From positions 6,724 through 70,723 of the forward strand of contig JBKPAJ010000065.1 of the NCBI GenBank assembly GCA_046726375.1: a stretch of 64,000 nt of DNA, in the 5' to 3' direction. Below the pieces are notes generated by a model, which was not told the origin of the DNA, ran no database searches, and was given only the letters and a program-made list of their open reading frames with translations. The stretch's first letter is position 1. Each line of letters opens with the position of its first letter. The stretch comes from Acidobacteriota bacterium (GTDB lineage Bacteria; Acidobacteriota; Vicinamibacteria; Vicinamibacterales; UBA2999). Positions 26,265 through 36,085 of the stretch are shown here, one piece after another. A program made the position numbers and the translations under genes.

Positions 26265-26412
26265 ATGCCGCGCGCAGCGACGACGTCCGACGCTTTCAAT
26301 GCGGTAGCCGAGCCCCGTCGCCGAGACATCCTGGGAGTTCCTCGTGCCCCGCGAACGAGCCGTCAACGATGTCGTCGCGGCATTGAAATCCCGGTTTTCT
26401 GACGTTGCGTAG
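26265..26412 (+). pseudogene. ArsR/SmtB-family HTH regulator remnant (frameshifted and truncated)
   Basis: DAFNAVAEPRRRDIL then, in the next frame, EFLVPRERAVNDVVAALKSRFSDVA*. This is the ArsR N-terminal helix pattern, but it stops before the recognition helix. Confidence 0.5.
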
Positions 26413-26450
26413 ACGGAGACATAGATGCTTGCCAACAACAAGGAGTGCGT

Positions 26451-27270
26451 ATGTCCTCTACGAATACGAGCGCAGCATTGATGCTCGAAGGCAAAACTGC
26501 GATCGTTTTTGGCGCCGGCGGTACGCTCGGGAAAACCGTGGCCAGGGAGTTCGCGGCGCAGGGCGCACGGGTCTTCCTTTCCAGTCTGACCCAGTCCCGC
26601 GTCCAGGAAGGGGCGGACGCGATCAGGAGTGGCGGCGGGAAAGCCGCAGTTGCCGAGGTCAACGCGCTCGACGAAGCTGCCGTCAACACCTACGTCGACC
26701 AGGTGGCCGCCACTGCGGGGCACATCGACATTGTATTCAACGCCATGGGCCCGCAGCCGATCGAATACGCGAACGCGACGAGCACAATGGAACTGCCAGT
26801 CGAGAAATTCATGCTGCCAATCACGAGCATCGTGCGGTCGCAGTTCATCACAGCGCGCTCCGTCGCGAGACACATGATCAGACAAGCGTCAGGTGTCATT
26901 GTCTTCCTCACCGCAACCCCTTCGCGTGGAGTGTCACCAAACACGTCGGCCATAGGAGCCGCCTTCGGCGCGCTCGAATCCCTCACGAGGTCCCTCGCGA
27001 CCGATCTCGGTCGCTTCGGCGTGCGAGTGATGTGTGTCCGATCTATGGGAATGGCCGAGACGCGCACCATGCAAGACCTATGACTTGGGCGGGCGTACCC
27101 TCGCAGTGCCGAAGGAGAAGATGGCAGAGATCGTCGCCTCTAAGACACTGCTTGGCCGCACGCCGTCGGCTCTCGAAACGGCAAAGGTCATCTCCTTTCT
27201 GGCCTCCGCGGGCGCGAATGCGGTAACCGGAGCGATCATCAACCAGTCATGCGGTCAGGTCCTCGACTGA
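26451..27270 (+). pseudogene. short-chain dehydrogenase/reductase interrupted by one frameshift near 27070-27078
   Basis: AAGGAG lies before ATG 26451. TAIVFGAGGTLGKTVA (Rossmann) ...GVRVMCVRSMGMAETRTMQ, then in the +1 frame TYDLGG...LLGRTPSALETAKVISFLASAGANAVTGAIINQSCGQVLD*. Confidence 0.7.
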
Positions 27271-27449
27271 GGGGTTTAAATGCGAATTTGAATCTTGCGA
27301 ATGCGGTGGAGCTGGGCACACGGAACCCAATCGCCAGCCGTTGTCACCAGAAAACACCCTGTGCGCGAACAACTGGTTGGTGCGTCAGCAGTGCGAAACC
27401 TATCCGTCGTAGCTGCCCGAGCTCAGTTCTTTTTCCCAGCTGCTTTCAG

Positions 27450-27519
27450 GGCAAGGTGAGGGCGGCGCAGAACGTGATCGACGGCGCCGATCGCGTGGCG
27501 CGGTTCCTGGTTGACGCCA
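27450..27519 (+). repeat. 70-bp fragment copy of the ECF41 sigma gene C-terminal region
   Basis: Matches 17262-17331 with 2 mismatches by eye. It encodes KVRAAQNVIDGADRVARFLVDA and has no surrounding sigma ORF. Confidence 0.85.
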
Positions 27520-27642
27520 GGCATTGGGGCGCTCGCGGGCGGGCCACGGGTGCCAATAGCGCCGGGCAGGGACTCCTCGCAAGCAGTCCGTCCGCACCGA
27601 GCCGCGACCGCACCCTTTGATCGAGCCCTTCAAGGACCCTGA

Positions 27643-27807
27643 GGCGGTGGCCGCTGGTGTGAGCGATTTCGCGACAAAGATCGTCTCATGCATAACGGCC
27701 TCAAGTACGTCGACAGCTGGATCGACCCGACGTTCCACCGACCGTTGGCCGGCCGGCGCGACGCCAAAGGATTGAAGCTTCACAGGCGCAAAAGGCGCGT
27801 GAACTGA
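27643..27807 (+). pseudogene. DUF3303-like remnant
   Basis: RFRDKDRLMHNGLKYVDSWIDPTFHR resembles the central conserved block of DUF3303 proteins. It has no start, and the flanks are degenerate. Confidence 0.35.
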
Positions 27808-28002
27808 AACGCACAGCCGTTGTGACGCGCGTTCCACTGCGTCACGCCGATATCGCGGCCGACGGCCTCCGACTCGGTAACAATCAGCTGGAACTAGTTC
27901 GATTCTCTTCGAGGGTCCGGCTCGCCCTCGCTTAGTCGCAGCTATCCAGATACCGCAGTTCGTGTCTTCCGACTCCAGCGTGGGCTATTGGTAGTCGATC
28001 GT

Positions 28003-30664
28003 CTACGACGTCCGAAGCATTGCCACGGCGTCGACTCGCGTGGCTCGGCGCACAGGCAGGTACGAGGCGAGCGCGGACGCAGCAACGAGCAGCAGTGCAG
28101 CGCCAATCGTGGTCGACGGATCAAAGGGATCAACCTCGAACAGCATCCCCCGCAGTAGACGAGTAGTTGCCGCTGCTCCCGCCATACCGATCACCGCACC
28201 CAGACCGGCCAGTCGCACATTCTCCGCAAGCACGAAACGGCGTATCCGACTCGCGCCCGCGCCCAACGCCAAGCGGAGCGCGATCTCACGATCTCGCTGG
28301 CGCACATAAGCTGCCATGACCGCATAGAGGCCCACCGTCGAGAGTACGAGCGCGGCCACCCCGAAAATGCTGAGCAGGAAGGCGTTGAACCGCGGGCGAG
28401 CCAGCGGACGATTGAGCATCTCCGTGAACGGAACGACGCGCATCAGTCGCACGTCAGAGTCGATGGCGCGGATTCGATCGGCCGCCAGTGACGTCAGCAG
28501 CTCGAGCGGCGCTGTGGTGCGCAACACGAAGTTGGTCGCGGTCATTTGCAGCTGCGTAGCGGGAAGATAGAGCGTCGGTCGTGGCGTCGTCAACGTCCGG
28601 TAACGCGTCTGTGCTGCGACGCCAACCACCGTTCGCCATTCGGCGCGTGAGGCGACGCCTCCCATTTTTAGCCGCTTGCCGATGGGATCTTGTTGGGGCC
28701 ACAGCGACGACGCGACGTCTTCGCTGACAATGGCCACCTCTGGGGAGTCCTCGCGGTCGGCGGCCGTGAACGCCCGGCCGCGCAGGATCGGGATTTGAAG
28801 CGTTTCGAAATAGTTCGGGTGAATCGACTCGAGGTTGAGCGACGGGTTTGCCGCCGCCTGCACCTCTCCCTGGCCTTCCGCCGAGATACGCGGGACGTCC
28901 CAGCCCCCGGTCTGAGAAGGGGACGATATTGACCGGAGTTGCCGCCGTGATCGCCGGGAGTGCCTCGAGCTGCGTCATCGCTTCGTCGAGGAACTGCGCG
29001 TGCTGATGCCGCTCAGCGACCTTCGCGGGCGGCATATAAAGATCCAGCAGCACGAGACGGTCCGCGGCCATTCCGAGATCGATGGATTGCAGCCGGAGCA
29101 CGCTGCGAATCAGAAGGCCCGCTGCCGTGAGGACGGTGACGGCAAGCGCGACCTGCGCGACGACGAGTGTTCGGCGTCCACGATTTGCCGAGGTGCCGGT
29201 GATTCCCTGACCGCCGCTTCGCAACGGCGACAAGAGATCCGCACGAAGTGGTGACAGTGCGGGGATGAGCCCGGCGGCCAGCGCCGTGATGAACACGACG
29301 GCGATCGAGAACAGGACCACCATCCCATCGATGCGGATGGCTTCCACACGAGGCAAACCGTCGGGCACGATGCGGACGAGTCCCCGAACGCTCCACCACG
29401 CAAGCGCGAAACCAGTGATACCAGCCAGCACCGACAGGAGGATACTTTCCGCGAGCACCTGGCGCGCGATCCTGCCGCGCCCTGCGCCCAGTGCAGATCG
29501 CATGGCCAACTCGCCGCGCCGTCCTTCACCTCGCATCAACAGCAGGTTGGCCACGTTCGCGCTCGCGATCAGCAGCACGAGTCCAACCGCTCCGAACAGC
29601 GCGATGAGCGTGATGTGAACATCACCGACGACCACGTCCACGAAGGAGCGCAGGACGGGAATGAAGCCCCGTAGGGTGTTGGCTGGTGCTTCCGTTTCCA
29701 GCCGCTGGTTCAACGCTCTGAGTTCGCTCGCAGCCTGCTCAACGGTGACTCCGGGACGCAGCCGGCCAATCAGGTTCACCTCGCGCCGCGCGGCGTCACC
29801 AAACGGTCCGTCCGTCGGCACCGAGTTCGTCGTTCTCCAGATCTCGACGCCAGTCGGAAAGTCGAGGTCGGGCGGCATCACACCAACGATCGTGAAAGGC
29901 CGCTCGCCGATCAGCAGTTGCCGGCCAACAACGTTGCGCGATCCACCATAGCGACGCTGCCAAAAGCCGCTGCTGATCACGATGACGTTCTCCGCGCCGT
30001 CCTTATCGTCGTCAGTGGTGAACGTACGTCCGAGAATCGGCTGCACACCGAGCACGTCGAAGAAACCGCCGGTGACGAGCCCAACGTTCGCGTAGCTGGA
30101 GACACCGTTATCGGTCATGGCCGACCGACCTACTCCATTTCGTGTCACGCCGGCAGCGCTTTCAAGGAGCCGACTTGCTTCGGCGACTGCCTCGATCTCA
30201 ATGGCGCCAAAGGGATAATTCGCAGAGCCCGAGATGGGCACTTCCCTCCATGCCAAGATGAGTCGGTCTTGCTCATGCACAGGCAACGGCCGGAGGAGTA
30301 CGCCCTGAATCAACGCGAACATCAGCGTCGTACCCGCAATGCCGAGCGCGAGCGTCAGTACAGCGGCACTGCTGAAGCCTGGCGTGCGCAGCAGTGCCCG
30401 AGCTGCGTATCGGGCATCGAGCCACATCGTTTCGAGACGCACTGACAAATCGACATCTCGCGTGCGATCGCGAAGTACCACCGCGTTGCCGACTCGACGC
30501 ACCGCCTCGCGCCGAGCATCAGCGGGCGTCATTCCGTCTCGCTCGTACTCGCGCGCCCGCATGTCAATGTGGAAGGCGAGCTCATCATCGATCTCGCGAT
30601 CGAGACGACCGCGTCGAAACGTGTTGAGGATGCGCGTCAGTCGGGCCACGAACAAACCTCTCAT
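28003..30664 (-). pseudogene. ADOP-type duplicated FtsX-domain ABC permease, one frameshift near 28915-28920
   Basis: The start MRGLFVARLTRILNTFRRGRLDREIDDELAFHIDMRAREYERDGM is the typical ADOP N-terminus. There are two MacB-like periplasmic plus FtsX 4-TM halves. The frame breaks at ...VNIVPFS and resumes as TGGWDVPRISAEGQGEVQAAANPSLNLES in the ORF 28003-28863. Confidence 0.8.
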
Positions 30665-30996
30665 ACAAAACGCAGCACGCGGCCCACACCTTCGGTCAGC
30701 CGCTCCCAATTCGCTTGCTGTTCGACGAGACGCCGACGCCCACGGGCGGTGAGGGTGTAGTATCGGGCTCGCCGATTCGTTTCCGACGCCTGCCACTCCG
30801 ACCGCAGCAACCCTTCCTGTTCCAGGCGATGAAGCGCGGGATAGAGCGATCCCTCCTCGACGCGCAGCAATTCGTCGGATGTTTGGTGCAACCGCACGGC
30901 AATGCCGTACCCATGGAGGGGCTCACGCGCGACGGTACGCAGAATGAGCAGCTCCAACGCAGCTTGCGGCAGAGCCGACGAGTTTTTGAGCGCCAT
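30661..30996 (-). CDS. PadR-family transcriptional regulator
   Basis: LELLILRTVAREPLHGYGIAVRLHQTSDELLRVEEGSLYPALHRLEQEGLLRSEW...RRARYYTLTARGRRRL. The stop overlaps the permease start (ATGA). Confidence 0.9.
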   Translation of the reverse strand: MALKNSSALPQAALELLILRTVAREPLHGYGIAVRLHQTSDELLRVEEGSLYPALHRLEQEGLLRSEWQASETNRRARYYTLTARGRRRLVEQQANWERLTEGVGRVLRFV

Positions 30997-31509
30997 ACCT
31001 AGGACGCTAGGGTAAACCCTCGATACCTAGGTGTCAAGGTGTCGGCCTCTTCGCGTTCTGTCTGCGTGTGTTTGCGTATTGCGAAACGCAGGTCTCCTGC
31101 TGAGACGCGCCTTACGCGTTTCAACATGCGTCGGCTGATGCCCCGCGCGACTGGCGAACTCGCCTTGCGTCTAGCCGCGGGCCCACATTGTCCCGTGTCA
31201 AGGAGCGTTTCTGGCTGATGTGAACTCGAACCTCGGCCGAGATGGAATCGATGTAAGGGAGTACCTTCGATGAACGGATCGGAACGGCCGATGCTGATCG
31301 AGGGAGGCGATCGCGGCTTGGCGTCCTCGCACTCCGGACGGGCAGATACTCCCACATCCGGCCTGGGCCGATCTCGATGACGGCGGGCGAGAAGCCGCGT
31401 TCGAGGAGTCACTCGTGATGCGCGTTCTCGAAGCCGCACTGGATCCAGACTGCTATTCGACGACCGTGCGCGCGGTGGCGGCGGCCATCGCGGGAAATGA
31501 CGATCTCCT

Positions 31510-32901
31510 CTACCTTCCGCGAAACGTCTCGGCGCTGCCCGGCGCGGTAAAGCTAATCGCGCGCTCGCCAACAGATCCAGAGACCTGGTACTCACCACGC
31601 ATCTGGAGGAAATTCATCCCGGCGCCAAACGTGTACGCACCCATGCGCGTCGTCGTCACGTGGTTGACCGCAATATCAAGTGTGACTGCGAGCGAGTCAT
31701 TGCGGCCAGTGATGACGATGCGACGTGGCCGAGCGCTGGAGTCCGCGTCGAATTCGTCGATGGACACGTTGGTGGAATAGCCGATCGGCCCTTGCGGTCC
31801 GAGCGCGACTAGAAAACCTGGCAGCCTGGCGCTGTCGGCGGCATCAGCCGGAGGGTAGACGCGGCCGTACACGAACGACAGCTCGTCGCCTTTCACTTGT
31901 CCCCACTGCCAGCGCACGCCTTCCCAGAAGCCCCAGTTGTGATCGTGATAGCCAGCGCCGCCGGTGAGATCGATTGTGTCGCGGCCGACCGCGATCGTGC
32001 CGCCAAGCTCGCCAGCCATCACCGGCACGACGTAGCCCATTAGCCAGCCGCGAGCACCGCGCATCGTGAAAGGCGGAAGCGATTGGCCCGGCATGGCACG
32101 CACTGTGATCTCGCCAGACGCGCGCGGGCCCGCGGATTCAGCTGGCAGATCGATCTTGATCTGATAGTCGGATCCGACGAGCCGCACGGTGTTCAGTCCA
32201 GCGCTGATGTCAGGCGCCGAGACGAGCTCTTCATCCGTGACCTCAGTGACGTGCGAGTACGACGTCATCGTGCCGCTTCGATCGAGCTGCAGTCGTACGT
32301 TGAGCGGTCGCATGCCGGAAGCGAGCCTCGAACCGGCGAGGAACGACAGATAGAAGCGGGTCGAGCCGGACTGGCCGTTGAAGTACAGCCACTCGATCCA
32401 CGAGCTCGCTCGCTCAGGCACGTCCGGGATGTCGTGGAATCGATCCATCGTGCGCAGGATCTCTTCGTGTGACGGCGACAGCCATGCGCGATCGGATGAC
32501 GTGTCCACCCAGGACTCAACGCCGCTCGTCTCGGGATCGCCCAACTCGCGCTCACGACTCGGAATGCCGCCGCGCGCGATGATTGCGGTGGTGCCTTTCC
32601 CGTCAATGAGATACAGATTCGACCGCACGTTCGGCGACGCAACCTTCACGCGGTCCCCAAGCGAGCCGCCGCTCAACGCGTTCGACAGGACGAACCGCGC
32701 GCTGCCTATCCGTCCCGTGGCGCTGCCGACGATCACGTCGCCGCCGCCGACGAGCGCGGGCGTTCGCGCCTGTTCGAGAATGACGCCGCCGATGCCCAGG
32801 AGCGCGGCCATCACCGCGACCCCCAAGCCGAACCCGCCGGCAAGCACCGCGCTTCGAATCGGACGCGCGAGCAACGACCGTAGCGCCAGGGTCAAAATCA
32901 C
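31510..32901 (-). CDS. membrane-anchored AttH/CrtC-like (lipocalin-like) protein with an FtsX-permease-type N-terminal helix
   Basis: GTG 32901 overlaps the ATPase stop (GTGA). The N-terminus [39 protein letters not shown] looks like TM1 of FtsX/MacB permeases. The later motifs WIEWLYFNG and YHDHNWGFWEG resemble AttH/hydroxyneurosporene-synthase-family domains. Confidence 0.6.
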   Translation of the reverse strand: MILTLALRSLLARPIRSAVLAGGFGLGVAVMAALLGIGGVILEQARTPALVGGGDVIVGSATGRIGSARFVLSNALSGGSLGDRVKVASPNVRSNLYLIDGKGTTAIIARGGIPSRERELGDPETSGVESWVDTSSDRAWLSPSHEEILRTMDRFHDIPDVPERASSWIEWLYFNGQSGSTRFYLSFLAGSRLASGMRPLNVRLQLDRSGTMTSYSHVTEVTDEELVSAPDISAGLNTVRLVGSDYQIKIDLPAESAGPRASGEITVRAMPGQSLPPFTMRGARGWLMGYVVPVMAGELGGTIAVGRDTIDLTGGAGYHDHNWGFWEGVRWQWGQVKGDELSFVYGRVYPPADAADSARLPGFLVALGPQGPIGYSTNVSIDEFDADSSARPRRIVITGRNDSLAVTLDIAVNHVTTTRMGAYTFGAGMNFLQMRGEYQVSGSVGERAISFTAPGSAETFRGR

Positions 32902-33584
32902 TTGATCGTCTCCTCCACGATTGCGCCATCGCGCATGCGCAGCAGCCGGTGAGCACGGGACGCCACCGCCGGATCGTGCGTGACCACGACCACCGCCATC
33001 CCGTCGGCGTGTAGGCGATCGATCAACGAGATGATCTGCTCGCCTGTGCCCTGATCGAGCTCGCCCGTCGGCTCGTCGGCGAGCAGCAATCGGGGGCGGT
33101 TTGCGAGGGCGCGGGCGATCGCGACGCGCTGCATCTCTCCGCCCGAGAGCTCCGACGGACGATGGCCCGCCCGCGCGGCGAGGCCGACGTAGTCCAGCAA
33201 CTCGCGCGTGCGCTCACGTCGCTCGGCGCGGCCAATGCCCGCTTCCGCTTGCGGCAGCTCCACGTTTTCCCACGCGGTGAGCATCGGCAGCAGGAAGAAG
33301 CGCTGAAAGACGAAGCCGATCTGGCGCAGTCGCAACCGGCTGCGTTCCGCGTCCGAGAGCGATCCGATCTCGCGCCCGTCGAACCACACGCTTCCAGTCG
33401 AAGGGACGTCGGACGACCCGAGCACATGCAGCAGCGTGGACTTGCCGCAGCCGGACGGTCCGACGACGGCGAGGTAGTCGCCGGGGGCGATGCGTAGCGA
33501 CACGTCGCGCAGCGCGGCAACCGGCCCTGCCGCCATCGGAAACACTTTGGACACGTTGCGCGCTTCGACGATGGCGCCGTTCAC
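32898..33584 (-). CDS. ABC transporter ATP-binding protein (MacB/LolD-like)
   Basis: GTG 33584 overlaps the upstream stop (GTGA). Walker [11 protein letters not shown]-loop, signature [15 protein letters not shown], Walker [14 protein letters not shown]-loop THD. Confidence 0.9.
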   Translation of the reverse strand: MNGAIVEARNVSKVFPMAAGPVAALRDVSLRIAPGDYLAVVGPSGCGKSTLLHVLGSSDVPSTGSVWFDGREIGSLSDAERSRLRLRQIGFVFQRFFLLPMLTAWENVELPQAEAGIGRAERRERTRELLDYVGLAARAGHRPSELSGGEMQRVAIARALANRPRLLLADEPTGELDQGTGEQIISLIDRLHADGMAVVVVTHDPAVASRAHRLLRMRDGAIVEETIK

Positions 33585-34789
33585 GAGATCACCTCGCGTC
33601 GCAACGTGGCGGCGATCGGGAGTGCGGACACGATGCGCATCGGATACGCCGCTGCCGCGATTGATGCGCCGGCGAGCAGCGCGATGTAGAGCACGAGGGC
33701 GCGCGGCTCGAAGACAAAGAAGTGGAGGTCGGCAGGAATGCCGGGCAACGTGCGCAGGATCGCGTCCAGCCACATCGACAGCGCCAAACCGAGCGGCAGC
33801 GCGAGCATCCCTCCAATGCCGACGAGCATCATCGATTCCCACAGGACGCCAGCGGTCACGCGCGCCCGCGACAAACCGACAGCGCGCAACGCCGCAATCT
33901 CCGCCAGGCGCTGGTTCACCGACACGGTGAGGAGCACCGCGATCAGGAGAAAGCCGAAGAACAGCGTCACCGTCCCGAGCACCGTAGACATCTGGCGGAA
34001 GTACGAGAACTCGACGCGGCTGGATCGCTCGACGAGCTCCTCGTTGGTGACGACGCGGAGCTCGGGGTGGGCGGCGCGGATCGCGGCCGCCGCGCCGAGC
34101 GAGCCAACCTGGGGCGTCGATCGCACCAGGAGCATTTCGGACCGGTCGTGCTCGTCGTCTGCGCACAGCAGATTGGCATCGGCGAGCGTGCCCGCGACCG
34201 TGGAGGCCGTCACCGCATCAAAGGGAAAATGCGCGATGCCAGCGACCGTGAACCGTACGGCCGGGAGCGCACCGGACTCGTCGCCGCAGCGGCCACGCAA
34301 CGAGAGAGTGGAACCGACGACAAGACCAAGGCGAGCAGCGAGTTGCCGGTTCACGACCACGACAGAGGTCGAGCTCGTCGTGTGCGGCAGGTCCTGTCCC
34401 TCGATCATCGTCCACATCGATCGCACGCCCCGGTCCGCGCCGATGAAGTCAACCACAGGACCGGTGGACTCGCCGTCCGACACGACTTCCGCATCGCGCA
34501 CGCGCAGTTGAAGAACGGTCTCGACGCCCGGAAGCCCGCTCAACTCAGTGGCCAGGGCGGTGGCGCCGGTGAGTCGCGGTCCGGTCATCGGTGGCGCGTC
34601 GGACGCGAGCACGCGGATGTCGAAACCTGAGCGCTCGAGCAAGTCGGCAAACGACAACACCAGGCCGCGCGAGAGCAGGAGCATGTCGAAGAGCAACGCG
34701 CCGACAGCCGCGACGCCGCACACACCCAGCACCGAGCGTGCCGGCTGGCGCACCAGGCTCAACCACGCAAATCGAAAGGCGCGAAGCAC
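33581..34789 (-). CDS. FtsX-family ABC transporter permease
   Basis: The GTG start shares one base with the upstream TAG. TM1 (SVLGVCGVAAVGALLFDMLLL), a periplasmic domain of about 230 aa, then three C-terminal TM helices of the FtsX domain (NQRLAEIAALRAVGLSRARV...). Confidence 0.8.
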   Translation of the reverse strand: MLRAFRFAWLSLVRQPARSVLGVCGVAAVGALLFDMLLLSRGLVLSFADLLERSGFDIRVLASDAPPMTGPRLTGATALATELSGLPGVETVLQLRVRDAEVVSDGESTGPVVDFIGADRGVRSMWTMIEGQDLPHTTSSTSVVVVNRQLAARLGLVVGSTLSLRGRCGDESGALPAVRFTVAGIAHFPFDAVTASTVAGTLADANLLCADDEHDRSEMLLVRSTPQVGSLGAAAAIRAAHPELRVVTNEELVERSSRVEFSYFRQMSTVLGTVTLFFGFLLIAVLLTVSVNQRLAEIAALRAVGLSRARVTAGVLWESMMLVGIGGMLALPLGLALSMWLDAILRTLPGIPADLHFFVFEPRALVLYIALLAGASIAAAAYPMRIVSALPIAATLRREVIS

Positions 34790-35649
34790 TATCGGCCGAC
34801 CAGCGTCAGAAGATGCCGGCGAAGAAGCGTCCACGAGGCGACGACGCTGGCGGCGATGCCGAGCGGCACAGCGATGGCCATCGACTGCCACATCACCGTT
34901 GAGGTGATCCTGATAAAGATCAGCGTCGTGTCGTAGCGCCACTGAAAAAAACGATTGAATAGCCCCTGCATGGCAAGCGCGAAGAGGATGCCCGCAGCGG
35001 CTCCGACCGTCGCGATCAGTGCGCCTTCGGCGAGAACCTGCATCAGGATGCGACGCCGCGTGAATCCGATCAGCCGCAGCGTCCCCACCGTGCCGCGACG
35101 CTCATCGACCACCATCACCATCAGCGCCAACAGAAACACCGCGCTGCCGACGACCGTGACGATCGCGATCGCGAGATGGAATCGCTCGATAACGAGGAAC
35201 GTGGTCGTGCGATCGTTAGCTGCATCGGTCCGTCGCGCCGTAACGGTGGGCAGCCGAGCTGTGACGTCACGCACGAAGGCGTTGGCGTTTGCGGGATCGT
35301 CGAGGGCGATGTTGATGGATGTGATGGACTCGGCGGCCGCTGGATCTGAGGGATCGGCGGTCAGCGTCAACATGTCGGGCAGATGCAGGCGTACTTCGAG
35401 GCGGCGTTGAGCAAAGCGCATCGGATCTGGCGTTGGCTCGTAGATCCCAGCAATCCGAAATTGTCGCGCGTTCACTCCCGATGCATCATTCGACAGACGC
35501 ACCGTGTCGCCGACGCCGAGGCGGCGGCTTTCGGCGAGTTGTCGGGAGATCAGGATAGAGGTTGCGTCCGGCGGTAGCGATTGTGTCGAAGTCGTGAGGG
35601 TGGCAATGAGCGCGATGAGAAGGAAGAGCCGGGCAGAGGGCCGGGGCAT
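34789..35649 (-). CDS. FtsX-family ABC transporter permease (short periplasmic domain)
   Basis: The N-terminal anchor ARLFLLIALIATLTT, a periplasmic segment, then the FtsX block ERRGTVGTLRLIGFTRRRILMQVLAEGALIATVGAAAGILFA. Confidence 0.8.
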   Translation of the reverse strand: MPRPSARLFLLIALIATLTTSTQSLPPDATSILISRQLAESRRLGVGDTVRLSNDASGVNARQFRIAGIYEPTPDPMRFAQRRLEVRLHLPDMLTLTADPSDPAAAESITSINIALDDPANANAFVRDVTARLPTVTARRTDAANDRTTTFLVIERFHLAIAIVTVVGSAVFLLALMVMVVDERRGTVGTLRLIGFTRRRILMQVLAEGALIATVGAAAGILFALAMQGLFNRFFQWRYDTTLIFIRITSTVMWQSMAIAVPLGIAASVVASWTLLRRHLLTLVGR

Positions 35650-36085
35650 CCTGCAAGTCTACGCGCGAGGTCCGTCGGACCGAGGCTTGCTAGAATCTAC
35701 GCCGCAAATGTCGCAGAACGACCCCGCCGCCCGCATGAAACCTTCGGTCGAAGTCGTGCAGGTCATGGCCGCGATCACCCGGGAAATGGCCGGCGATTTC
35801 AAGAGGCGTTGTGGCGTTTGGATCCTGAAACTGTGCGCAGGCTGGACAAATCGTCATGAATGCAGCGGCGCCGGGAATGGCGCCTACGTCACATCCGGCA
35901 CTGCCAGTTTGATCGCGCGCCTCGCTCCAGCCCGCTCGATCGTCAGCGCACGCTCATGGCCGTCGCGGCGGAGCAAGCGTCGCAGTTGACAAGTTCATTC
36001 AGGTGACCGTCGACAACAACGTTTCGCATGGATGCCTCCACACTGACGAATGAAGCAGTCGGTCTACGTTGCTTGACCTTGGCGA

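Noticed and set aside
30997-31100. PadR operator candidates (two CCTAGG sites flanking AGGGT-AA-ACCCT).
   Set aside because: These are short palindromes of the kind expected by chance. They do not resemble the ATGT-N8-ACAT type PadR boxes I know, and there is no second copy to compare.
35690-36040. Small Cys-containing ORFs on the minus strand (MRNVVVDGHLNELVNCDACSAATAMSVR*, and MTICPACAQFQDPNATTPLEIAGHFPGDRGHDLHDF…).
   Set aside because: They are below 60 aa, lie in different frames, and have no RBS or recognisable family. They could be pieces of one more decayed gene, but I cannot support a call.
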